Part shown: one piece after another, positions 8,688-17,860 of the stretch
Layout: every line of letters starts with the position of its first letter
Numbering within the stretch: position 1 is the first letter of the stretch
Source: Lautropia mirabilis
GTDB taxonomy: Bacteria; Pseudomonadota; Gammaproteobacteria; Burkholderiales; Burkholderiaceae_E
DNA length: 24,000 bases
Direction: 5' to 3'
Assembly (NCBI RefSeq): GCF_900637555.1
Contig: NZ_LR134378.1
Location: 3,050,784-3,074,783 of the forward strand
Position numbers and translations under genes: made by a program
The notes under the pieces: model-generated
Told to the model about the DNA's origin: nothing
Seen by the model: only the letters and a program-made list of their open reading frames with translations
Databases searched by the model: none

Positions 8688-9674
8688 ATGGATTCTCCTG
8701 CTGCTGCGCCCCAGGCGCCGGCAAATGCCCCTTCTGCCTTTCCCCTGAAGCCCATCCTGTGGTTGCTGGGCTCGATGACGTCGCTGGCGCTGGGCACCTC
8801 GCTGGCCAAGCAGATCTTCCCCATCGTGGGCGCGCAGGGCACCACGGCACTGCGGCTGCTGTTCTCGGCCCTGGTGCTGATCCTGTTCGGACGCCCGTGG
8901 CGGCACCGCATGCCACGCCATGACTGGTGGGTGGTGGCGCGTTACGGCATGACGCTGGGCATGATGAACATGCTCTTCTACCTGGCGCTGGAAACGATTC
9001 CGTTCGGCATTGCGGTGGCCATCGAGTTCTGCGGACCGCTGTCGGTGGCGCTGTTTGCATCGCGCCGGCCCATCGACTTCGTCTGGATCGGCTGCACGGT
9101 GGCGGGTCTGCTGATGCTGCTGCCCATCTGGCATGGTGGCGGCGATGCAGCTGCGGCCCAGGCCGTGATCGAAGGCGCGGCCGGTGCCCACGCCGTGGCC
9201 GAAGGCGCGCAGGGCGTGGTGCCCGGCGTGGCCTCGGCCAGCCTGGATCCACTGGGCATGCTGTACGCGGCCGGAGCAGCGGTGTGCTGGGCGGGCTACA
9301 TCATCTTTGGCAAGAAGACGCAGCACCTGCACGCCGGCACGACGGTGGCGCTGGGGGTCAGCATCGGCGCGCTGATGATGTTCCCCATCGGCGTGGTGCA
9401 TGCCGGCACAGCGCTGTTTGAGCCAAAGGTGCTGCTGATCGGACTGGGGGCGGCCGTCGTGTCCAGCGCCATTCCGATGTTCCTGGAGATGAAGGCGCTG
9501 CGCGGGCTGCAGGCCGGCACCTACGGAGTGATGACGAGTCTGGAGCCGGCGCTGACCTCCGTGGTGGCCATGCTGGTGCTGGGCGAGCTGCTGACGCTGA
9601 CGCAGTGGTGCGCCATCGCGCTGACGGTGACGGCCGCCATGGGCAGTGCACTGACCTCGCAGCGTGGCGGATAG
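8688..9674 (+). CDS. rhtA: RhtA-like threonine/homoserine exporter (EamA/DMT family)
   Basis: From ATG 8688: ...SLALGTSLAKQIFPIVGAQGTTALRLLFSALVLILFGRPWR...YLALETIPFGIAVAIEFCGPLSVALFASRRPIDFVWI...; closely resembles E. coli RhtA. Ends in TAG. Confidence 0.8.
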   Translation: MDSPAAAPQAPANAPSAFPLKPILWLLGSMTSLALGTSLAKQIFPIVGAQGTTALRLLFSALVLILFGRPWRHRMPRHDWWVVARYGMTLGMMNMLFYLALETIPFGIAVAIEFCGPLSVALFASRRPIDFVWIGCTVAGLLMLLPIWHGGGDAAAAQAVIEGAAGAHAVAEGAQGVVPGVASASLDPLGMLYAAGAAVCWAGYIIFGKKTQHLHAGTTVALGVSIGALMMFPIGVVHAGTALFEPKVLLIGLGAAVVSSAIPMFLEMKALRGLQAGTYGVMTSLEPALTSVVAMLVLGELLTLTQWCAIALTVTAAMGSALTSQRGG

Positions 9675-9706
9675 AATGCGGAAAAGTCTGCATCCCTCCC
9701 CCACGC

Positions 9707-11569
9707 ATGAAATCCTTCTTCCATTGGTTCGAAAGCCGGATCGACCCGTATCCGGATGAAACACGACTGATCACCGAACGAAGCCTGTGGCGCTTCGTGC
9801 TCTCTTCGCTGCAGGGCGTGCGGCGCTGGCTGGTGCTGCTGTTCCTGACAGTGGCGGGCATCGGCGTGCTGGAGGCGCTGCTGTTCCAGTGGATGGGCTT
9901 CGTGGTGGACTGGATCGGCCGCTACACGCCCGAGACGCTGTGGGCCGAAAAAGGCAGCACGCTGACGATCATGGGCGTGGTGCTGGTACTGAGCCCGCTG
10001 CTGGTGCTGCTGTCATCATCGCTGCGCTTCCAGTCGCTGCAGGGCGTGCTGCCGATGCGGCTGCGCTGGCGCTTTCACCGACTGATGCTGGCCCAGAGCC
10101 TGAGCTTCTATCAGGACGAGTTCGCCGGTCGCGTGTCGGCCAAGGTGATGCAGACGGCGCTGGCGGTACGCGAGGTGGTGATGACCTTCGCCGACATGGC
10201 CACCTACATCGTCGTCTATTTCCTGACGAGCTCGGTGGTGCTGTGGAAGTTCGATGCCTGGCTGCTGCTGCCGTTCGTGACATGGATCGTGCTGTTTGCC
10301 GCCACGATGGTCTGGACGGTGCCCAAGCTGGGCAAGCTGGCGGCGGCGCAGGCCGATGCCCGCGCGCTGATGACCGGCCGCATCACGGATGCCTACAGCA
10401 ACATCGCCACGGTCAAGCTCTTCTCGCACAGCGACCGCGAATCCAGCTACGCACGCTCGGCCATGGAAGACTTCATGGTCACGGTGCATGCCCAGATGCG
10501 CTGGGTGACGACGCTGGAAGTCGTGTCGCAGACGGTGAACATGCTGCTGACCGGCGGCACGGCTGCCATCGGCCTGTGGCTCTGGCACCATGGCAAGGCC
10601 AGTCCGGGCGCGGTGGCTGCTGCCACGGCCATGGCACTGCGCATCAACGGGCTGTCGCAATGGATCATGTGGCAGTCGGCCTCGCTCTTCGAGAACATCG
10701 GCACCATTCGCGACGGCATCAATACGCTGACCCGGCCGCACACGGTGCTGGACAAGCCCAACGCCGTGCCGCTGGTGGTGAAGCAGGGGGGCATCCGCTT
10801 CGAGCATGTGGACTTCTCGTACAGCGAGAACGCGCGGCGCGAGCATCGGCCGGTGCTGGAGGACTTCTGCCTGGACATCCGCCCCGGCGAGAAGATCGGC
10901 CTGGTGGGACGCTCCGGCGCGGGCAAGTCCACCATCGTGAACCTGCTGCTGCGCTTCTATGACGTGCAGAAAGGGGCCATCACCATCGACGGCCAGAACA
11001 TTGCCGACGTGACGCAGAATTCGCTGCGGGCGCAGATCGGCATGGTGACACAGGACACGTCGCTGCTGCACCGCACGGTGCGCGACAACATCCTGTATGG
11101 CCGTCCGGATGCCACCGACGCAGAGATGCTGGACGCCGCCCGGCGCGCGCAGGCCGATGCCTTCATTGCGGCGCTGGAAGATCCGCAGGGGCACACGGGC
11201 TTTGACGTGCAGGTGGGCGAACGTGGCGTGAAGCTCTCGGGTGGGCAGCGCCAGCGCATTGCCATTGCCCGGGTGATGCTGAAGAACGCGCCGATCCTGC
11301 TGCTGGACGAAGCCACCAGTGCGCTGGACTCCGAGGTGGAAGTGGCCATTCAGGACAGCCTGAACGAGCTGATGAAGGGCAAGACGGTGATCGCCATTGC
11401 GCACCGGCTCTCGACGATCGCGGCCATGGACCGGCTGGTGGTGCTGGACAAGGGCCGCATCGTGGAAGAAGGCACGCACGCCGAGCTGCTGGCCCGCGAC
11501 GGGCTGTACGCACGGCTGTGGGCGCACCAGAGCGGCGGTTTCCTGGCCGAGCAGGTGCCCAACGAGTGA
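9707..11569 (+). CDS. ABC transporter, fused permease/ATPase (exporter, MsbA-like architecture)
   Basis: MKSFFHWFESRIDPYPDETRLITERSLWRFVLSSLQGVRRW...; Walker A GRSGAGKS, signature LSGGQRQRIAIARVML, Walker B ILLLDEATSALDSE. Confidence 0.92.
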   Translation: MKSFFHWFESRIDPYPDETRLITERSLWRFVLSSLQGVRRWLVLLFLTVAGIGVLEALLFQWMGFVVDWIGRYTPETLWAEKGSTLTIMGVVLVLSPLLVLLSSSLRFQSLQGVLPMRLRWRFHRLMLAQSLSFYQDEFAGRVSAKVMQTALAVREVVMTFADMATYIVVYFLTSSVVLWKFDAWLLLPFVTWIVLFAATMVWTVPKLGKLAAAQADARALMTGRITDAYSNIATVKLFSHSDRESSYARSAMEDFMVTVHAQMRWVTTLEVVSQTVNMLLTGGTAAIGLWLWHHGKASPGAVAAATAMALRINGLSQWIMWQSASLFENIGTIRDGINTLTRPHTVLDKPNAVPLVVKQGGIRFEHVDFSYSENARREHRPVLEDFCLDIRPGEKIGLVGRSGAGKSTIVNLLLRFYDVQKGAITIDGQNIADVTQNSLRAQIGMVTQDTSLLHRTVRDNILYGRPDATDAEMLDAARRAQADAFIAALEDPQGHTGFDVQVGERGVKLSGGQRQRIAIARVMLKNAPILLLDEATSALDSEVEVAIQDSLNELMKGKTVIAIAHRLSTIAAMDRLVVLDKGRIVEEGTHAELLARDGLYARLWAHQSGGFLAEQVPNE

Positions 11570-11697
11570 GGTGACAGACCGAAAGGTGGGATGCAGCCGC
11601 CGAACGGCGGGTGGCGCCCCTCCCGGAAGGGCCCTGAAGGCCGGCTCCCCCGACGTCTCGCTCTACAATACGCGCCCCGTTTCAACCCCCGTATTTC

Positions 11698-12372
11698 ATG
11701 AGCGAACACGCCAACCACGCGACCGGCCATGGCCATGCCACGCCGGCGCATTCCGACGCCACACTCTCTCCGGCCACGCAGGCCATCAACGTGCGCCTTC
11801 GGCCGCTGCCGGGGCTGATCTTTGCCAGCCGCTGGTTGCAGCTGCCCCTGTACCTGGGGCTGATCGTGGCCCAGGCGGTCTATGTGCAGCACTTCCTGCT
11901 GGAGCTGTAGCACCTGGTGGAGGCGGCCTTCGGCAACCAGCACGCGCTGCAGGCGCTGGTCGAGAGCATCGGCTACCGCTCGGACAAGCCGGTGACCTCG
12001 CTGGACGAGACGGTGATCATGCTGGTGGTGCTGGCGCTGATCGACGTGGTGATGATCTCGAACCTGCTGATCATGGTGATCGTGGGCGGCTTCGAGACCT
12101 TCGTGAGCCGGATGGACCTGCAGGGCCACCCCGACCAGCCGGAATGGCTGAGCCACGTCAACGCCTCGGTGCTGAAGGTGAAGCTGGCGATGTCGATCAT
12201 CGGCATCAGCTCCATCCACCTGCTGAAGACCTTCATCAACGCCGACAACTACACCGACCGCACGCTGATTGCGCAGACGGCCATTCACCTGACCTTCCTG
12301 CTGTCGGCCATGGCCATTGCCTATACCGACAAGCTGATGTCGTCGGCGTACAAGCAGGACGGGCATCACTGA
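11698..12372 (+). pseudogene. TIGR00645/YqhA-like membrane protein gene interrupted by an in-frame TAG at 11908-11910
   Basis: The two listed ORFs (11698..11910 and 11917..12372) share a frame: ...[36 protein letters not shown]...[38 protein letters not shown].... Reading through the TAG gives one continuous family-like protein. Confidence 0.8.
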
Positions 12373-12415
12373 ATCTCCCTTCGGGGGTCATTCGCGTCCC
12401 GTCTCTTTCCTTCCC

Positions 12416-12468
12416 GGCCGCCCAGGGGGCACCGCTGCCGATGGACGGCAGCGGCTCCCCGGGCGGCC
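12416..12468 (+). terminator. Strong stem-loop with terminator-like tail downstream of the YqhA-like gene
   Basis: GGCCGCCC-A-GGGG-GCA-CCGCTGCCG-ATGGA-CGGCAGCGG-CT-CCCC-GGGCGGCC then TTTCC; near-perfect extended stem. Confidence 0.7.
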
Positions 12469-12532
12469 TTTCCATGTCCCGACCGTTTTACGGACACCCG
12501 GCACGAACCGGGCGACCGGACGGAGCAGAGCA

Positions 12533-12611
12533 TGTCATGGACTCATCGCTCCCACGCGGGGATGCCTGAGTCCATGACACGCACCAGGGATCCACTTCTC
12601 CCCTTCGGGGA
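12533..12611 (+). promoter_or_regulatory. Structured leader upstream of the permease gene: long hairpin plus a small SD-sequestering hairpin with T-run
   Basis: 13-bp arms TGTCATGGACTCA (12533-12545) / TGAGTCCATGACA (12567-12579), then TCCCC-TTC-GGGGA (12599-12611) followed by TTTTT and ATG at 12621. Confidence 0.55.
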
Positions 12612-12620
12612 TTTTTCATC

Positions 12621-13850
12621 ATGTCATCCAACCCTATTGAATCAGCGGCCGTACCGACGGCCAAACGTTTTCCTGCCTGGAAACCCCTGCTCTTTCTGGC
12701 CATTCTGTGCGTGGGCCTGTACTGGGTGAAGTGGGACCCGTACTACCACAAGGCCTTCGTGGCCATCGAGAAGCACGACATTGGCAAGTCGATTCTGGCC
12801 GACAGCTACGACAGCCCGTGGCAGGCGATGTGGCAGTACGCGCAGGTGTATTTTCTGGCGATCTGGAAGGCGGCGGTGCTGGGCATCGTGCTGGGTTCGC
12901 TGGTGCAGATTCTGCTGCCGCCGGACTGGATCGTGCGGTTTCTGGGGCGCTCGCGCCTGGGCAGCCATCTGGTGGCCACGCTGGCAGCGCTGCCGGGCAT
13001 GATGTGCACCTGCTGTGCGGCCCCCGTCGCCGTGGGACTGTACCGGGCGCGGGCGTCGGCCAGCGCCAGCGTGACGTACTGGGTGGCCAACCCGGTGCTG
13101 AATCCGGCCACGCTGGTATTCATGTACTTCGTGCTGGGTGGTGGATTCACGCTGCTGCGGGTGGTGTTCGGGGTGGTGCTGGTGTTCGGCGCGGCCTGGC
13201 TGGTGGGACGGCTGGCGGAGCGTCGTGAGGTTTCCGGAGGCCGGGATACGGCCCTGCCGGGCGATACGACAGTTCGGGGCAGCGCAAACGGAGCCGCTGG
13301 CCTGGCCGCAGGTTCGGTGACTGAATCGAACGCTGCGCTGGATCGGACCGGCGCTACCGCCCTGCCCCGGGTGGCGGCAAACACGGGCGGCGTGTCGGTG
13401 AACACGACGCTGGCAGCGGCACAGGCGGCAGCAGATGCCGAGGCGCGCAAACCCTTCCTGCAACGCTGGCTGCCGGCGCTGTGGCAGCTGTTCCTGTCGA
13501 CGGTGCCGGTGTATGTGATCACGGTGCTGGCGCTGAGTCTGGCCCGGGTGTGGCTGTTCCCGCATGTGGACGGGGCGCTGGGCGATGGTGTGCTGTGGAT
13601 CGTCTTCTTTGCGGTGGTGGGAACGCTGTTCGTGATTCCGACGGCGGCCGAGATTCCCATCGTGCAGGGGATGCTGGCACTGGGGCTGGGCACCGGATCG
13701 GCCGGGGCGCTGCTGCTGACGCTGCCCTCGGTGAGCCTGCCGTCGCTGCTGATGATGCGTGACGTGCTGGGCACGCGGCTGCTGTGGACGGTGGCCGGCT
13801 GGGTGGCCCTGGTTGGTGTGCTGGCCGGGCTTGTTGCATACTGGGTCTGA
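12621..13850 (+). CDS. Permease of the DUF318/PF03773 (ArsP/YraQ-like) family
   Basis: 409 aa: ...LLPPDWIVRFLGRSRLGSHLVATLAALPGMMCTCCAAPVAVGLYRARASASASVTYWVANPVLNPATLVFMYFVLG...; the CTCCAAP and NPVLNPATLVF motifs are typical. Confidence 0.85.
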   Translation: MSSNPIESAAVPTAKRFPAWKPLLFLAILCVGLYWVKWDPYYHKAFVAIEKHDIGKSILADSYDSPWQAMWQYAQVYFLAIWKAAVLGIVLGSLVQILLPPDWIVRFLGRSRLGSHLVATLAALPGMMCTCCAAPVAVGLYRARASASASVTYWVANPVLNPATLVFMYFVLGGGFTLLRVVFGVVLVFGAAWLVGRLAERREVSGGRDTALPGDTTVRGSANGAAGLAAGSVTESNAALDRTGATALPRVAANTGGVSVNTTLAAAQAAADAEARKPFLQRWLPALWQLFLSTVPVYVITVLALSLARVWLFPHVDGALGDGVLWIVFFAVVGTLFVIPTAAEIPIVQGMLALGLGTGSAGALLLTLPSVSLPSLLMMRDVLGTRLLWTVAGWVALVGVLAGLVAYWV

Positions 13851-13888
13851 CGACGGGCCAGCGGTAACTGGCATGAGGAAAGATCGAG

Positions 13889-14086
13889 ATGGACATCATC
13901 CTGAATGGTGAGACACACCGGACGGCGGCAGCCACGCTGGCCGAGCTGGTGACGGAACTGGGCTATGCGGGCAAGCGCATTGCCATCGAACGCAACGGCG
14001 AGATCGTGCCGAAGTCACAGCACGGCGCCACGGCGCTGGCAGCTGGCGACCGGCTGGAGATCGTGGTGGCGGTGGGGGGCGGCTAA
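13889..14086 (+). CDS. thiS: Sulfur carrier protein ThiS
   Basis: 65 aa, MDIILNGETHRTAAATLAELVTELGYAGKRIAIERNGEIVPKSQHGATALAAGDRLEIVVAVGGG, with terminal GG and ubiquitin-like fold pattern. Confidence 0.95.
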   Translation: MDIILNGETHRTAAATLAELVTELGYAGKRIAIERNGEIVPKSQHGATALAAGDRLEIVVAVGGG

Positions 14087-14444
14087 CGCAGTCGGGACAT
14101 TATTATTCGCCGGTACGGGGCGCGTCCATGGCATTACGCGTCCCTGTGTCGGCCCCTGCCGTGTGCTGACGGGGCGCCGGGCAGCAGCATCCGCCGGCAT
14201 GAGGGCATGCACCGGGCGCATGTCATGCATGGTCCGGGACATGCACGGGCGCCGGGGCGGGTACCATTCATGATCTGGATGGATCGGCCGATGCCGGCAC
14301 GCCGTCATGGCCCTTGGACCATGGAAGTCCCTGACCCGCGGAAGCCCCTGGACCACGGAGAGCCCGGACTCGCGGAAAACCCATGATGCACCACGGGCGT
14401 CCGGTTCACCATCCCTCCCTCAAACACGCTTTGGAGAATCTGGC

Positions 14445-15254
14445 ATGAACGACACGGTTGCCCCTGATCCCCTGGTCATCGGTTCCCGCACCTTTTCATC
14501 GCGGCTTCTGGTGGGTACCGGCAAGTATGTCGATTTCCAGCAGACGCGCGAGGCCATCGACGCCAGTGGCGCCGAGATCGTCACCGTGGCCATCCGGCGC
14601 ACCAACATCGGCCAGCATGCCGGGCAGCCCAGCCTGCTGGACGCGGTGCCGCCCGACCGTTTCACCATCCTGCCCAACACGGCCGGCTGCTACACGGCCG
14701 AGGACGCCGTGCGCACGCTGCGGCTGGCCCGCGAGCTGCTGGACGGCCACACGCTGGTGAAGCTGGAGGTGCTGGGCAACGAGCAGAACCTGTTTCCGAA
14801 CATGCCCGAGACACTGGCCGCGGCGCGCACGCTGGTCAAGGAAGGCTTCGAGGTGATGGTGTACTGCAGTGACGACCCCATCCAGGCGAAGATGCTGGAA
14901 GACATCGGCTGCGTGGCGATCATGCCGCTGGCCTCGCTGATCGGCTCGGGCATGGGCATTCTCAATCCCTGGAACCTGAAGCTGATCCTGGAACAGGCCC
15001 AGGTGCCGGTGATCGTCGATGCCGGCGTGGGCACGGCGTCGGACGCCACGGTGGCCATGGAACTGGGCTGCGCGGCGGTGCTGATGAACACGGCCATTGC
15101 CAAGGCGCAGGATCCCGTCATGATGGCGCGGGCGATGAAAGCCGGCGTGGAAGCGGGCCGCCTGGCCCGGCTGGCTGGCCGGATGCCGCGCAAGTATTAT
15201 GCGGCCACGCCGTCTTCGCCCACGGAAGGACTGCTGCCCAGCGTGGCACGCTGA
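14445..15254 (+). CDS. thiG: Thiazole synthase ThiG
   Basis: [28 protein letters not shown]...VTVAIRR...[24 protein letters not shown]...[58 protein letters not shown]; canonical. Confidence 0.97.
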   Translation: MNDTVAPDPLVIGSRTFSSRLLVGTGKYVDFQQTREAIDASGAEIVTVAIRRTNIGQHAGQPSLLDAVPPDRFTILPNTAGCYTAEDAVRTLRLARELLDGHTLVKLEVLGNEQNLFPNMPETLAAARTLVKEGFEVMVYCSDDPIQAKMLEDIGCVAIMPLASLIGSGMGILNPWNLKLILEQAQVPVIVDAGVGTASDATVAMELGCAAVLMNTAIAKAQDPVMMARAMKAGVEAGRLARLAGRMPRKYYAATPSSPTEGLLPSVAR

Positions 15255-15265
15255 GCGCCCACCGC

Positions 15266-15283
15266 GGGGGCCTGCGGGCCCCC
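15266..15283 (+). terminator. Terminator-like hairpin after thiG
   Basis: GGGGGCC-TGCG-GGCCCCC followed by CTCCTTTCC, shortly after the thiG stop. Confidence 0.55.
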
Positions 15284-15350
15284 CTCCTTTCCGTGACCCT
15301 CCCTGCTTTCGCCATTCCCGCGCTTTGCACTCGCTGCGCCGTCGTCATCG

Positions 15351-16100
15351 ATGAGTTCCCTGCCCACCGATCCCGCCACTGTTCCCTCTACCCCCCCTGC
15401 CACTCCTGACACCGACGCGCCGCACCGGCGCGGCATCCGCAGCTATGTGCTGCGCCGCTCGCACTTCTCGGCTGCCCAGCGCGATGCCTGGGAACGGCTG
15501 ATGCCGGTGTTCGGCCTGCCCTACCGCGAGCAGGCCCTGGACTACCCGCAGGCGTTCGGCCGGCAGGCGCCCGTGGTGCTGGAAATCGGCTTCGGCATGG
15601 GCGACACCACGGCCGAGATTGCTGCCAACGCACCGGACATCGATTTCATCGCCATCGACGTGCACACGCCCGGCGTGGGGGCGCTCCTGAAGCTCATCGA
15701 GCAGAAGGAACTGTCCAACCTGCGGGTCATCGAGCATGACGCCCAGGAAGTGCTGCGGCAGATGATCGCCCCCGGGTCGCTGGCGGGCATCCATGTGTTC
15801 TTCCCTGATCCGTGGCCCAAGGCGCGGCACCACAAGCGCCGACTGATCCAGACGCCCTTCGTGCACGAGCTGGTGGCGGCGCTGCAGCCCGGCGGCTACC
15901 TGCACCTGGCCACCGACTGGCAGGATTATGCGGACCAGATGGAGGAGGTGCTGGCGGAGATTCCGGCGCTGGTGGCCGAGCCGGTGCGGCCGTTTGAAAC
16001 AGCCTCCCTGCCCTGCCCGCGCCCATCCACCCGCTTCGAGCGGCGCGGCGAACGACTGGGGCACGGGATCACCGACCTGATCCGCTACAAGCAGGCGTGA
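15351..16100 (+). CDS. trmB: tRNA (guanine(46)-N7)-methyltransferase
   Basis: [67 protein letters not shown]: canonical TrmB motifs. Confidence 0.95.
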   Translation: MSSLPTDPATVPSTPPATPDTDAPHRRGIRSYVLRRSHFSAAQRDAWERLMPVFGLPYREQALDYPQAFGRQAPVVLEIGFGMGDTTAEIAANAPDIDFIAIDVHTPGVGALLKLIEQKELSNLRVIEHDAQEVLRQMIAPGSLAGIHVFFPDPWPKARHHKRRLIQTPFVHELVAALQPGGYLHLATDWQDYADQMEEVLAEIPALVAEPVRPFETASLPCPRPSTRFERRGERLGHGITDLIRYKQA

Positions 16101-17107
16101 TGCGGCACGACCGGCCCATGCCCAGCACTCCCCACGCATCGTCCGCCCCTGCCTCGCAGCTGCCGCCCGTGCCACCGCTGCCCGACCTGAAGGGCCACCG
16201 CTTTGCCCTGACCGGGGCGGCCGGCTTTCTGGGGCGGCACGTCATCCGGCTGCTGCACCGCCAGGGAGCACGAATCATTGCGCTGCGCCGGGCCGAGAGC
16301 CGGCCACTGCCGGACGCAACGGTACAGGAAGCGATCATCGACCTGAATGATGAAGCCGCCTGCGCCCAGACGCTGCACGATCTGAGGCCGGACCACGTCA
16401 TTCACCTGGCCGGCTATGCCAATACGGATCGCTCGGTGGCCTCGATTGTCCAGGCGCTGCAGGTGAACCTGGTGGGCAGCATCAATCTGGTGCTGGGGGC
16501 GATGGACCGGGTGCCTGATTGCCGCGTGGTGGTGGCGGGCTCGATGGAAGCGGCCAATCCGTGGCAGGGCCCGCTGGCGCTGGGGTCGCCCTACGGGATG
16601 AGCAAGGCGATGGTGGAGGTGCTGACCGGTAGCCTGAACCGGCTCTATGGCACCAATGTGCTGAACATGCGCATCGGCATGGCCTATGGCGAGGACGACC
16701 CGAACCACCGGCGGCTGGTGCCTTCGGTGATCCTGTCGCTCCTGCAGGGACATGCGCCGGCCATTGGCAATCCGGGCCGGCTGTGCGACTGGATCCACGC
16801 CGAGGACGTGGCCGAGGCGCTGATTCGCGGCGCCCTGCTGCCCCGAGCCGAACCGGCCAGCATCGATGTGGGCAACGGCCGGCTGGGCAGCATCGCGGAC
16901 GTGGTGGCCATCATCCAGCGGCTGCTGGGTACCGAACTGCCGTTGCAGCCGGTGGAACGGCTGCAACGCAGCAACGAGCAGGCCCGGTGTGCCGACCTGC
17001 CGGCGATGACGGCGGCCCTGGGGGGCTGGCGTCCCCGCATCAGCCTGGAGGAAGGTCTGGCCCGCGCCGTGGCGGGCTACCGCCAGGAGCTGGCCGAGGC
17101 GCGGTGA
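16097..17107 (+). CDS. NAD-dependent epimerase/dehydratase (extended SDR); start GTG 16097 or ATG 16100, overlapping the trmB stop
   Basis: [72 protein letters not shown] (SPYGxSK); 336 aa. Confidence 0.88.
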   Translation: MMRHDRPMPSTPHASSAPASQLPPVPPLPDLKGHRFALTGAAGFLGRHVIRLLHRQGARIIALRRAESRPLPDATVQEAIIDLNDEAACAQTLHDLRPDHVIHLAGYANTDRSVASIVQALQVNLVGSINLVLGAMDRVPDCRVVVAGSMEAANPWQGPLALGSPYGMSKAMVEVLTGSLNRLYGTNVLNMRIGMAYGEDDPNHRRLVPSVILSLLQGHAPAIGNPGRLCDWIHAEDVAEALIRGALLPRAEPASIDVGNGRLGSIADVVAIIQRLLGTELPLQPVERLQRSNEQARCADLPAMTAALGGWRPRISLEEGLARAVAGYRQELAEAR

Positions 17108-17154
17108 CGCCATGCCGGGCGGGACGGCGCCATGCCGCCCGCACCCGGAACCGG

Positions 17155-17176
17155 ACGCCGCGCGCTCGCGCGGCGT
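17155..17176. other. 22-bp near-perfect palindrome next to the island's left junction
   Basis: ACGCCGCGCG-CT-CGCGCGGCGT. Confidence 0.7.
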
Positions 17177-17183
17177 TCAGGCA

Positions 17184-17223
17184 TCAGCCCTTGAAGTAGG
17201 CTTCCAGATCGTCGCTGCCGCCG
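17184..17223 (-). pseudogene. Displaced 3' end of a glutaredoxin/peroxiredoxin-glutaredoxin gene (left flank of island)
   Basis: The minus strand encodes ...[12 protein letters not shown]. Nucleotides 17189-17223 match 20497-20531, the 3' end of the intact hybrid gene, at 33 of 35 positions. Confidence 0.75.
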
Positions 17224-17434
17224 GCTGGCTCGCGCTCAGAGAAGAATGTTTGAGAGAAACCGGTCAGCAGCAGGCCAGAACCGGGCACGAACCTGTACGA
17301 ACACTTCCCTGCCAGCAACAAGAGCCCCCAGACCCCGGGGGAATCAGTTATCTCGGACCTCAGATGGACCAAGACGCCCGGGAAATCAAACCATTTTCTG
17401 TACACTGGCGACACCTTGACAAACCTTGAAAGCA

Positions 17435-17806
17435 CTACCTCTCTTTCAACCTGTACACGCGTCCGGCAGTAACTTTCTCTCCTCTCCCAACAAAGACATC
17501 GTCAACATCATCGTCAGCGACACGGCCCAATATATACTTTACAGCAGAATCATCCCCTTCATTCTTGCCAAGTCTATAGTACAAAAACAAAACGCCCCTT
17601 TCCTTCGCCAAAGAACTGAAAAACCCCATCCTCGACTCCGGTAATTCAACAGCCCCGTCCGAGGAACAGGAAAACCCATCCCCATAATCAATCCTAGTAT
17701 AAACAAAATACCCAGCGAATTCGCCATGAAAAACAAATCTGAAATATCTGTCTTTCGTTACGAAATTCAATGGTGACTTGCTGCACAAAACACTTATGTA
17801 CGACAT
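17435..17806 (-). CDS. Uncharacterised 123-aa protein with no obvious signal peptide; candidate immunity/accessory protein of the island
   Basis: MSYISVLCSKSPLNFVTKDRYFRFVFHGEFAGYFVYTRIDYGDGFSCSSDGAVELPESRMGFFSSLAKERGVLFLYYRLGKNEG...; GGGGGAG-type RBS before ATG 17806; lower GC than surroundings. Confidence 0.6.
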   Translation of the reverse strand: MSYISVLCSKSPLNFVTKDRYFRFVFHGEFAGYFVYTRIDYGDGFSCSSDGAVELPESRMGFFSSLAKERGVLFLYYRLGKNEGDDSAVKYILGRVADDDVDDVFVGRGEKVTAGRVYRLKER

Positions 17807-17820
17807 CACTCTCCCCCAAA

Positions 17821-17841
17821 GGGCCTCATGACTTGAGGCCC
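17821..17841 (-). terminator. Intercistronic hairpin, possible attenuator between the small secreted protein gene and the downstream gene
   Basis: 8-bp perfect arms GGGCCTCA/TGAGGCCC with 5-nt loop; on the minus strand followed by only TTT. Confidence 0.45.
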
Positions 17842-17860
17842 AGAATATTATCAAAACAGA

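Noticed and set aside
7709-8911. 400-aa minus-strand ORF spanning the tRNA locus, containing GVAQLVERRLPKPEVASSRLVARS
   Set aside because: That peptide is a translation of the antisense/sense sequence of tRNA-Gly. The rest of the ORF overlaps cydX and the rhtA gene and has no credible protein character.
10016-11527. 503-aa minus-strand ORF opposite the ABC transporter
   Set aside because: Shadow ORF antisense to a strongly supported ABC exporter.
9707-11569. ABC exporter as part of a peptide secretion system with the C39 gene
   Set aside because: It is more than 6 kb from the island, on the opposite strand, and lacks a C39 domain; nothing links it to the island.
14087-14444. Possible TPP riboswitch upstream of thiG
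   Set aside because: I looked for a THI-box-like CUGAGA...GAACCUGAU core and did not find it. An Infernal scan would be decisive.
17184-17435. 83-aa minus-strand ORF ending [12 protein letters not shown]
   Set aside because: Fuses the displaced glutaredoxin tail to non-matching island DNA and lacks the CPFC active-site part. Treated as a junction artefact, not a gene.
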